A stretch of DNA of 64,000 bases from Macrostomum lignano (Eukaryota): contig NIVC01001765.1 of NCBI GenBank assembly GCA_002269645.1, positions 15,121 through 79,120 of the forward strand. The letters run 5' to 3'. Both the position numbers and the translations under genes were made by a program. Below are positions 52,801 through 64,000 of the stretch, piece after piece. Under the pieces are notes generated by a model. That model saw nothing but the letters and a program-made list of their open reading frames with translations. It did no database searches and had not been told where the DNA came from. Position 1 is the stretch's first letter. Each line of letters opens with the position of its first letter.

Positions 52801-55800
52801 GTCTAAAGGTGTTTGTGGAAACTGTGAATAAAGCAGGTGAGCGGCGGGCATGACGTAATCATAGCGTCGATCGTGCTAAACTTTGCTGAATATTTGAACA
52901 ACATTTTTACAACCATTTAGGTCTTACGACATTGACTGAGTCGAGCAAGTTTCTGATTGACGACACACCTCCCGAGATCGAGACTGCTCTCTCAGCAAGC
53001 GAGACTTTCGGTCAGATTGAGCCGAACTGGCTCGTCCTGGACGACATCATGGTGGTAGAGTGGAGCGTCTTTGACAAGGAGAGCGGCATCAAAGAACACT
53101 GGATCTCTCTGTCTAACCATGATAACGGACGAGTGACGTTCGAGCCCGTTAAGGTATCTGACCTAGTTTTGCAGCTGATTTATTCAATTTGTATGTAAAC
53201 TAATGCTGCGCACCTCTTGTTGACATCGCAGATTCCCGGTCTGCTGAGCAACTTTACATTCAGCGATCTGGATCTGAAAGACGGAGCCAACTACACTGTT
53301 CACCTCGTGTCGTGCAACCTGGCGGACGCATGCACTCGTCAGACGGCCTCGTTGGCTGTGGACACTTCGCCTCCGATCACGGGACACGTAGCCGTCGCGA
53401 CACAGTCGGCCGTGCAGCTGGGCAGACACATCGAGGATGGCCTCACGTGGGATGGAAACGAAGTCAACATCAGCTGGGTGGGATTCCACGATCCTCACTC
53501 GGGAATCGATCGCTACACCGTTCAGATGGGCACAACATGGTTCGGATCGGAGCTTTTGTCGGTAGGTTGTGAGCCACAAAGAATTTTAAAGTTACCGCGA
53601 AATAGTTATCACAAAACTGCATTGCCTGCTTTTTGTTATTTAGGTCACAGAGGTTCCGCACAGTGACGAAGGAGTTGGTCTGCCGCTGAATCCTCACGAA
53701 GGTCCCATTCAGATGGCCAGCTTTGAACTGAAGAGAAGTCTAACTGAGGGCACGTCCTTCATTGTGCACATTGTTGCAGTCAACAAGGTAATAGTCAGTT
53801 GGATAATTACTGTGAAGCTACTATTTAAACTTGAAAGTGTGTAATTTACTGATTCAGGCCGGTCTCCACAGTCAACCAGTTCAAGCGGCATTGTCCGTGC
53901 TGGAAAGTGGTCACTTGTGGCTCCTTCGTCGGTGTGCTGGCGCAGCTACTTGCTACGGGCACTGCTCGTGCGCTCCGCAGCATCAGACCTGCCGAGGAAC
54001 TGAGTGTCGAGCCGTCGATGTAGTGGATAACGTCGACAACGAAGTAGAGGTTCTAGATGTGTCCGCCTTCGGTCCTCGAGGAGAATCTCAAACTGATGCA
54101 AAAACAACTCCGACTAGGTCTCTGTTGGCAGCGACTTGGCGAGTCCGTCGAGCAATGGGACGACCACCTGTTCGTTATGAAGTGAGTGCAGGTCTGGCTG
54201 AGTACAATGAGCCGAAGGGTATCTACGACGCTGTTCACGAGCGCGTATGGCATGATGTCGGTCTAAGGACGTTCTTGGCATTGAATATCACAGCTGGGCG
54301 TCGCCTCAATGTATTTCGATCATACAAGGTGTTTGTTCGGGCTTGGTTTGATCACAACACGCACGTCGTGTTCAGCTCGGACGGCGTACTGGTCAACCCG
54401 ACCTTTCCGCGGGTAAATCGACACTACGGTGTCGGCGTCAAGGACCTGTTGTCACCAGATAGTCGACGGGACACCGATTTCATAACTAGTACTGACAGTC
54501 TGACGGTAGGGTGGCGAAATAAGTTCACGAGTCTAAACGAAGCACCGCCGCTGTCATTCCGCGTGTCTATTGGCAGTGAGATCGGAATGGACGATGTTGC
54601 AAACGTCCTCATGCCTCCTGGAAACTTCACTTATACATTCAATGAGCTGCAACTTGAGCCAGGTAAACGGTACTTTTCTACCGTGACCGCTCTCGATGAG
54701 AACGGACTCTCCGTGTCAGTATCATCTGATGGGTTCGTACTGGACTTGGACAATCCGTCTACAGGATTGGTGTTCAATAGTAATGGTAAGTTGCCTATGT
54801 CAACCAAAATTATTTATCTAACTATTTATAGTACTATCCTAAACAATTTCAATCAAGATAAACAATTTCTCACAGATCACAGCAACTCAAAGTACTCCAG
54901 CGACCAAACGACTCTGTCATGCAGTTGGCACAGCTTCTTTGATCGAGAATCCTACATCAAGTCGTACTCTGCATGCATTACTTCCAGCAATGATGCCAGC
55001 AAATGCGACATCGCCGACTGGAAGAATGTTAAGTTCGAGCAGAGAGCTACTTGGAAAGGACCTTGGCATCATGGAAGCACCTATTTCTGTCGTGCAAAGG
55101 CGGTCGACGCGGCAAATCGCAGCTCAGAGGCGATCACTTCTCCCGGAGTGACTATCGACACGACACCGGCTATTGCGGCAACCGCATTGGACACCGGCCG
55201 ATTAATGTCGGTAACCCGAGCTTCGAAGAAGGAGCGCTCCGACCTCCGAGCTCAGCGCCACTCAGCCACATAGTTCTAGCTGGACTCGAGTCTGTTTCGC
55301 CACGCTGGACTTTGCAAGATGGTCGAGCGATCGCAGTCCGCATTGGACATTCCATGGCCGTGGACGGAGAATCTGTGCTGCTGCTGTTCGGTCGGGTATC
55401 GCAGACTTTGACAACCGAAGCTGGACGTCGATATCGGATGCAACTGTTTGCGTCTCATCTTCCCGTCTCTGACCCGCTATCAGTTACGGTCGGCGGTCTC
55501 GTCTCGGGTCCGGGAATGCTGCAGACGTTCCGGTTGTTCACCGATCTAGGCGGAGTGAGCTCCGGTGTAGAGTGGCACAAGCAGATATTCTACTTTACTG
55601 CCGAGTCAGCGGAATCAACCGTTTCCATTGAGTCTCTGTCACCTCACACCGGTCTGGGTGAGTTTCCTCTCGTTAGTCATTTGTTTCATTTGTTTTGCTT
55701 ATGCTTTAGTTTTGCCCCTTTACAAAGAGTTCAATATCAATCGTCAGCCATCGACATGGTCTCAGTATCCGTGCTCAATGTGGGAATTGCTGACTACAAC

Positions 55801-58800
55801 ACAACGGCTGCATCCGTTCATGTGGACTCGTGAGCGTCAGAGACAGCGGCACTGTGCACGCCAGTTGGGACATCTCTGATCCGAGAGTGGCATCAGCGAA
55901 GTTCTATGGGCCATCGGAACAGTTCGTGGAGGGACGCAGCTTCTGCCGTTTACTCAGCTCGGACCGGCCAACGAGGCAAAGGCGGATGTGATGCTCACTC
56001 ACGGAAGCAATGTCTACGTGTCGGTGCTGGCTATCAACGGTGCCGGAATTCCGCGACTCTTCCACTCGCAACCCGACCTGATCGACTTGACTCCGCCGGC
56101 CTTTGACTTTGTGCATGACGGAAGCTCAAGCGCTGGCCACACCGATCTGCAGGAAAATGCGCGCGAGCTGTCCGTTCGATTCGGAGTCGAGGATCCGGAG
56201 TCGGGCCTGAGCGAGTGCTTCTGGTGCTCGGGAACTTCTGCAGTAACCTGCGACGTAGCGGAGTATGTGAAGCTGGCACAGGGCCAGCTGTCAGCAACAC
56301 GGCTCATCAACGAGCCCGAGAAGCTTCTCGGCCAGCGAGTGTTCAGCTTGGTGAGGTGCTCGAACGGAGTCGGACTGGTGTCTACAGGGTGAGTCACAGT
56401 CGGTTCAGAGGTGCATCGCAGCAGGATGACATGCTCAAAACTTGAATACCATTTCAGCGTATCAGCAGGCGTGCTCATCTACAACGGAGCTCCCGATGCG
56501 GCACACGTGAAGCTGCGACTGCTCAGCACCTCTGTCACGCCATTCGGTCAAACGAATTCCGTGCTCGGTAACGCCACAGACCTGCAGCTGAGCTGGAGCG
56601 GCTTCACCGATCGAATTCCGATTCGGGACTACGATATTCGACTGAGAGAAGTGACTCGAAACGCCGTAGTGCCGGACTGGACTCGGGTGAAGGGCGCCTT
56701 CGTTCAGGCGGCAGCTTTGCACGGTCTGTCGCTAGCGAGCGGGCAGCGCTACCGAGCTGAGGTGCGAGCCGTGAACGCTCTGGGGAAGCTGAGCAGCATT
56801 GTTGAGCGCGAGTTCTCGGTGGACTCGCAGTTTCCAGCGCTGACTGGTAAGAGTGGACATTGTGACTTGTTTTCAATTTCGAATTCGACCCGAAATGCAA
56901 CCGGAAACTTAAATGCAACCGCAAACCCAATGCAACCGGGAACCCAAATGCTACAGGAAACCCAAATGCAACCTTAAACCCAAGTGCAACCTCAAACCCA
57001 AATGCAACCGCAAACCCTAATGCAACCTCAAACCCGAATGAAACCACAAACCAAAATGCAACCGGGAACCCAAATGCAACCTTAAACCTAAGTGCAACCA
57101 CAAACACAAATGCAACCACAAACCCAAATGCAACCTTAAACCTAAGTGCAACCACAAACACAAATGCAACCACAAACCCAAATGCAACCTTAAACCTAAG
57201 TGCAACTAAAAACACAAATGCAACCACAAACCCAAATGCAACCTTAAACCTAAGTGCAACCACAAACACAAATGCAACCACAAACCCAAATGCAACCACA
57301 AACCCAAATGCAACCGAGAAACCGAAATGCAACCACAAACCCAAATGCAACCACAAACCCAAATGCAACCTTAAACCTAAGTGCAACCACAAACACAAAT
57401 GCAACCGCAAACCCTAATGCAACCTCAAACCCGAATGAAACCGGGAACCCAAATGCTACAGGAAACCCAAATGCAACCTTAAACCCAAGTGCAACCTCAA
57501 ACCCAAATGCAACCGCAAACCCTAATGCAACCTCAAACCCGAATGAAACCACAAACCAAAATGCAACCGGGAACCCAAATGCAACCTTAAACCTAAGTGC
57601 AACCACAAACACAAATGCAACCACAAACCCAAATGCAACCTTAAACCTAAGTGCAACCACAAACACAAATGCAACCACAAACCCAAATGCAACCTTAAAC
57701 CTAAGTGCAACTAAAAACACAAATGCAACCACAAACCCAAATGCAACCTTAAACCTAAGTGCAACCACAAACACAAATGCAACCACAAACCCAAATGCAA
57801 CCGGGAAACCGAAATGCAACCGGGAAACCGAAATGCAACCACAAACACAAATGCAACCACAAACACAAATGCAACCACAAACACAAATGCAACCACAAAC
57901 ACAAATGCAACCACAAACACAAATGCAACCACAAACACAAATGCAACCACAAACACAAATGCAACCACAAACACAAATGCAACCACAAACACAAATGCAA
58001 CCGGGAAACCGAAATGCAACCACAAACCCAAATGCAACCACAAACCCAAATGCAACCTTAAACCTAAGTGCAACCACAAACACAAATGCAACCACAAACC
58101 CAAATGCAACCGAGAAACCGAAATGCAACCACAAACCCAAATGCAACCACAAACCCAAATGCAACCTTAAACCTAAGTGCAACCACAAACACAAATGCAA
58201 CCACAAACCCAAATGCAACCTTAAACCTAAGTGCAACCACAAACACAAATGCAACCACAAACCCAAATGCAACCGAGAAACCGAAATGCAACCGCAAACC
58301 CGAATGCAACCTCTGTAGTGACTTGGCTTGTGTTTTGTGGGGTGCTGAGGGGGTTGCTGCGTACACTTTACCATTGTGCTCTTTTAACTCTCTCCTTCGC
58401 CTGTTTTTGTGCGTACGTGCACGTGACTAATATGTATAGTTTACAGTCCCCAAATTATTGATCGGTTAAAATACTATTTCGACAAATACATATATGAATG
58501 ATTTTATCAGCCTATCGCTAAGCATCTTTCTGCCACACAAACTAAAAAAAAGTGAAGTCTTTACAACCTCAAACCCAAATATGCAAAACCGCACCACAGG
58601 CAGGCAGTGGCAAGTCAGCTTCGACCCCGCTAAGCGCCAGCTGCTGCTGGACTGGTCCGGGATGTTCCGCTCCGACAGCTCGCTGCTGTTCGAAGTGACG
58701 GTCGAGACCAAGCCGGCAGCTGGCGACCTTCAGCGCTGGCTGGAGACCCGCGAGCCGAGTCTGCTGCTGAAGGCCATCGACCCGGGCAAGCAGAGGCTGT

Positions 58801-58868
58801 TCGTCAGGCTTTCGGCCATCAGCGAGGCCGGCCTGGCTTCGTCCGTCTACCGGGAGGTGCTGGTTTAG
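33916..58868 (+). CDS. Copy 3, near-complete giant secreted protein gene: signal peptide, EMI-like motif, EGF-like exons, FN3/Ig-like repeats, DUF642-like module; no C-terminal transmembrane segment seen
   Basis: Exons reconstructed by hand: 33916-34107, 44551-44655, 44751-44897, 45356-45478, then many short-intron exons to the last exon 58600-58868. Several single-base indels occur in homopolymers. Confidence 0.85.
34673..34866 (-). repeat. 3' LTR (194 bp)
   Basis: tgtaagacc...gactaca; adjacent to polypurine tract (aggggga aa on the minus strand, 34871-34879). Confidence 0.9.
34878..36487 (-). pseudogene. Gypsy RNase H C-terminus and integrase, frameshifted
   Basis: LVWSLKHFRTYL, GHLDVDRT-WWPGL-CAVC, WQLVQIDIKGPLP, VLHSDQGRQFES, PFYPSGNG, AWAYNTSVHST, split over several frames. 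Confidence 0.9.
36585..40317 (-). pseudogene. LINE ORF2: APE endonuclease, reverse transcriptase, RNase H, C-terminal CCHC finger (frameshifted)
   Basis: QINLQH/LIQEPW/GDLNAH/SDH (APE); PQGGVLTPTLW/GYADD (RT); YTDGS/SDSQAAL/WVPGHVGIRGNE (RNase H); CSFC-ETAEH-C. Confidence 0.95.
40341..41861 (-). pseudogene. LINE ORF1 with two in-frame stops near 41270-41310
   Basis: One frame from the ATG at 41861 to 40341; low-complexity N-terminus and a globular core (VRRVLLRLNPDLP) reminiscent of LOA-clade ORF1 (family assignment from recall). Confidence 0.7.
42393..43117 (-). pseudogene. Gypsy gag N-terminus (with a 60-bp triplication) fused directly to RT thumb/RNase H
   Basis: MAKSEQASLLPPKFSGD, three copies of NVRTWLGTFEDFADHCEWDD, then PDPGKVEAIR...FLGMLRFYRRFI...LPDFTKQFVLSCDSSQFAVGAVLSQ; protease and RT core absent. 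Confidence 0.85.
43124..43136 (-). promoter_or_regulatory. Primer-binding site, complementary to a tRNA-Leu 3' end
   Basis: TGGTGGCAGCGGT on the minus strand 1 nt inside the 5' LTR; eukaryotic tRNA-Leu(AAG/TAG) ends ACCGCTGCCA-CCA. Confidence 0.8.
43138..43317 (-). repeat. 5' LTR (180 bp)
   Basis: Aligns with 34673-34866 apart from two block indels and a few substitutions. Confidence 0.9.
43810..43865. repeat. (CT)n microsatellite in intron 1 of copy 3
   Basis: Direct. Confidence 0.98.
44551..45478 (+). CDS. Three symmetric phase-1 Cys-rich EGF-like exons (105, 147, 123 bp)
   Basis: ICFGRLQYCPNGGSCNSPDFCSNCNPTHYSPRCD; CPQVPFC...AYKLSSDRKACI; TCSWRREHNLCFPGVCNGYHTECQCDAGF; canonical ag/gt boundaries. 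Confidence 0.85.
55203..55760 (+). other. DUF642/galactose-binding-like (CBM-like) module of the giant protein (also at about 25421-25960 and 7740-8285)
   Basis: NPSFE ... SQTLTTEAGRRYRMQLFAS ... WHKQIFYFTAESAESTVSIES resembles the DUF642/CBM4-9 pattern; recognised by eye, not by HMM. Confidence 0.6.
56893..58313 (+). repeat. Expanded 18/19-bp minisatellite (about 78 units) in the last intron (56847-58599) of copy 3
   Basis: Direct; higher-order blocks such as NATLNLSATTNTNATTNP recur. Confidence 0.97.
58314..58565. mobile_element. Solo LTR (252 bp)
   Basis: tgtagtgac...gtctttaca with a 5-bp TSD acctc (58309-58313, 58566-58570); ends resemble those of the Gypsy LTR in this window. Confidence 0.75.
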
Positions 58869-60512
58869 CTGACTCTGGACAGGCCAATTTGACGTTTGAT
58901 GTATGATTTGACGTTTTAATTTTTCTTTGTAATTAAGTCGTTTGTACTTGTAATATTCATTCTAAAAATAATACTTGTCTCTCTTATTGGAATTAATCAC
59001 TATTTTCTTGATTTTTTTCTGATGGAATTGGTATGCTCGATATTATTAATTTTGATTTTTTATTTCCGTCAAGAGATGAATCAGTTTTGTTATAATTTAT
59101 CTGGAACACTTAAATGCTGTTTTACTGATGAAAAAATTGCGAGCGTATTTCTGATGAAGCCAGGTTTTCGGAATTATAATTTCTGGTAATCTAAGCTATA
59201 TAATATTTGCATCGATATGAGGCCTCTATATTTTTACAGAAGGTATAACTTTTATTGTTTTAAAGCATCGACGAGAGTTAACTAAATCACATGTTCTAAT
59301 TTCTCAAATTTGGGTAGATAAGCTGCGCAGTTTTTCAACTACGTCGTTTAAAACTTTTGTTTATTTTCTAGTTCAGTCAAATACATTTAGTACGTACGGG
59401 CAAGACAATGGAGAGTCTTAAGTACGTTGAGAAGTTTTACGATATTAACATAACAGACAGTCCAATTAGACAGTTTTGAAGTCTCTGATGTCTGATGCAC
59501 AATTGATGCATTGACAATCCATAAACTCTCATGTGTAGGTTCCTCTTTTTCTTGAAAACAATTTGACGGACATGCGGGATTTCTTGGTGCAACAATTGGC
59601 CTACCTATGACAATAATTTAGAACTTTCGCCTAAGTCAATAACTAATACTACGAAGTAGTTAGTGACGTGACAGGATTAAGTAAAATTAGTTTTTGAAAC
59701 CTAATTTGAAGATTTTATTTTCTAATCTGAAAAACATACCCACGACAAGCCGGACGTCCGATGTACGGACGTAACTGACAAATTCGTCTTTTTACATTAC
59801 ACTGACGTTCAGCCGACCTATGACGTCGTTATCCGTAGGTTGTCGTCTATTTCGGATTGCTGTATGGATTTAAATCAAGCGCACTGTTTCTTAATCTACA
59901 CTGGTTACAATTTTCATGTATTAATTAGTCTGTTACCAGTTTTAGAAAGTCTTGACAAACTTGCAAACGAGACAGTTGATTTAATTACAAGTCAATGCAC
60001 ATTCTTCGCGGCTAGAACTCGTTATTAATTTTAGCAATTTTGTGATTCTCTAGAATTTAGTCAAATATTATATCTTTACTTTGGCCTCGATACTGATTTA
60101 CGGACCAGGCAATAATTAACTGAAATAATCTAACAGCTCTGCAGGTTATCAGTAGTAAAGAACTTACATAATAGATTGATCGAATGGCTTGTTTCTGAAT
60201 TGCGCTAAAAAACTCGATACTATAATGCATATATTTAAAAACATTATACTTCGTATGATCAGCAATATCTTTCTGCAAGTAGAAATCTTATAACATTTTA
60301 CCAAAACCGAAACCTAATTCGTTGGGAAATCTTTTTAAAAGTAGACTAAAATCAAAATATACAGAGAGTAATATAAAGGACTTTATTGACAGGCATAGCA
60401 TCACTTGAAGTTACCGTTGCACTTAATCATAAATGTAACCCTGTTATGCTGAAAAATGGCTTCAAGTTTTGAAGTACAGAGAACAGCCATGGGTGGGGTA
60501 ATCTTTGCGCTG

Positions 60513-60738
60513 CATTGGCGTTCGCAAAGGGGGGGGTTCAGGGGGTCGCGGCCCCTCCAATCACCCCTCGAAAAGCTAAATGCGAGAAGACTTGTAACCA
60601 AACTGGAAGAATGACGGGCGCCCAACTTTAGTCTCCTCTTGGACTTCGCATCCATTGGCTCAAGAGAAGAAACGCATACCAAGAAATCAAATATGGCCAA
60701 GGGGTTGCGGCCCTTCAAACTACCTGCGTACTCTACTG
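60513..60738. mobile_element. Possible decayed hAT-type MITE
   Basis: Imperfect TIRs cattggcgttcgca / tgcgtactctactg; 8-bp flanks match at 5 of 8; G-run subterminal motifs. Confidence 0.3.
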
Positions 60739-60905
60739 CTTCACTGTTACCTGTGAACTATTTGTAGTGCTACACAAAAAATATATTAAACTAGCCAACA
60801 GTGCTATGTATTCGTACGTCCAACGGTATCTTCTTATACAGTGGCTCTCGTAATATAAACAATCATAAAGTGTCATAATGGCAATTAGTTATTCTTAGAA
60901 ATTGT

Positions 60906-63110
<2,205 letters not shown>

Positions 63111-63287
63111 TCACGCGCACGCGCAACTGCACAGTGAGAATATGATTCGGATTGCAGCCCTTACCTACTGCTAGGGCTGAGCTCTTCTCTTCCCTCTATG
63201 CCTAAAAACGGTATAGGGAGTAGCGTGAGCAGCCAGAGAGGGAGGAGGGAGCAAAGCGAGGAAAAATAAGAAATCCAGATGGCTCCG

Positions 63288-63295
63288 TTCTCACG
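63288..63295 (-). promoter_or_regulatory. Consensus CSL site CGTGAGAA about 185 bp upstream of the Su(H) ATG
   Basis: ttctcacg on the plus strand matches YGTGRGAA; function untested. Confidence 0.35.
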
Positions 63296-63802
63296 GGTGG
63301 CCTAGTAAGGCTTATTAAGGTAAGGCTTAGTAGCTCTCTTGGAGTGATTTTACGTGGCACTGGCAGACCAGTATATTATATTCTATATGCAATATCCACG
63401 TGTCTTTCACTAACAAATGGTTTGGCTAGGAGCAGAAATTAACGGGCAGAGAGGCGACCCTATATGATAAGTTTCCCTACAGTAATTGGATAGCATCTAT
63501 TTAAGTCTTGCTCTTGAGCCAGGCTTGGGTAGGGGTGGGGCTGCGGTAACTGTTTCTTACCAATCAAGCGACTTCCGCAGCCCCGGCCCCTCACCCAGTA
63601 GGCAGCAATTTCGAATCCCAAAACACGACAACGGGAGCACGCGTGAAGACGCGGAGCATTAAACTTCGTTAAGCAAAATTCTGGAAAGGCAACTCTTCTT
63701 TTATTTTTTCTGCGCCGGTCACGATATTTGGAGGTTTGAGTTTAAAATTTTCACTCTGAAAATTCCTGTCAGCACCGATTTCGGCGCTATGGCGCGATTT
63801 AA

Positions 63803-64000
63803 ACACTAATTTTGGCGTTTTTTAGACACTAATTTTGGCGTTGTTTGGACACTAATTTTGGCGTTGTTTAGACACTAATTTTGGCGCTGTTTAGACACTA
63901 ATTTTGGCGTTGTTTAGACACTAATTTTGGCGCTGTTTAGACACTAATTTTGGCGTTGTTTGGACACTAATTTTGGCGTTGTTTGGACACTAATTCTGGC
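63803..64000. repeat. 23-bp minisatellite (gacactaattttggcgttgtttg), runs off the window
   Basis: Direct; at least 8 units. Confidence 0.97.

Noticed and set aside
52760-55880. Scattered single-base frameshifts as proof that copy 3 is a pseudogene
   Set aside because: They mostly fall in short homopolymers and differ per copy, as expected for long-read consensus errors; polishing is needed.

Overview
Eukaryotic (metazoan) genomic DNA; no prokaryotic operons, CRISPR arrays or rRNA. Short GT-AG introns, poly-Q tracts and the repeat content would fit a flatworm-like invertebrate, but the species cannot be established from the sequence. The window is dominated by an array of one very large multi-exon gene for a predicted secreted protein: signal peptide, CCPGW (EMI-like) motif, EGF-like exons, more than a dozen D-x-T/S-P-P-initiated FN3/Ig-like modules and a DUF642/galactose-binding-like module. 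Copy 1 (minus strand, 5960-15097) and copy 2 (plus, 15920-27939) point away from each other across an 804-N gap and form a ~15 kb inverted repeat (1-15097 vs 18609-33891). Copy 3 (plus) appears near complete: its first exon, missed by the ORF track, is at ~33916-34107, and its 10.4 kb first intron holds a deleted Ty3/Gypsy LTR element into which a full-length LOA/Lian-like LINE has inserted with a 12-bp TSD. The last intron of every copy carries a hypervariable 18-bp minisatellite that reads (NATTNP)n, (QPQTQM)n or (CNHKPK)n; it has been hit by a tRNA-derived SINE in copy 2 and by a solo LTR in copy 3. The spacer holds a hAT-like MITE with a 21-bp array (about 8 vs about 54 units in the two arms), an (ACTA)n microsatellite with a solo LTR in one arm, and a micro-inversion. 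The right end carries a two-exon Suppressor of Hairless/RBP-J (CSL) gene on the minus strand, whose intron is an array of TGRGAA cores, followed by a 23-bp minisatellite. Caveat: many single-base indels look like long-read consensus errors, and the inversion is centred on a gap, so mis-assembly or haplotype duplication cannot be excluded.
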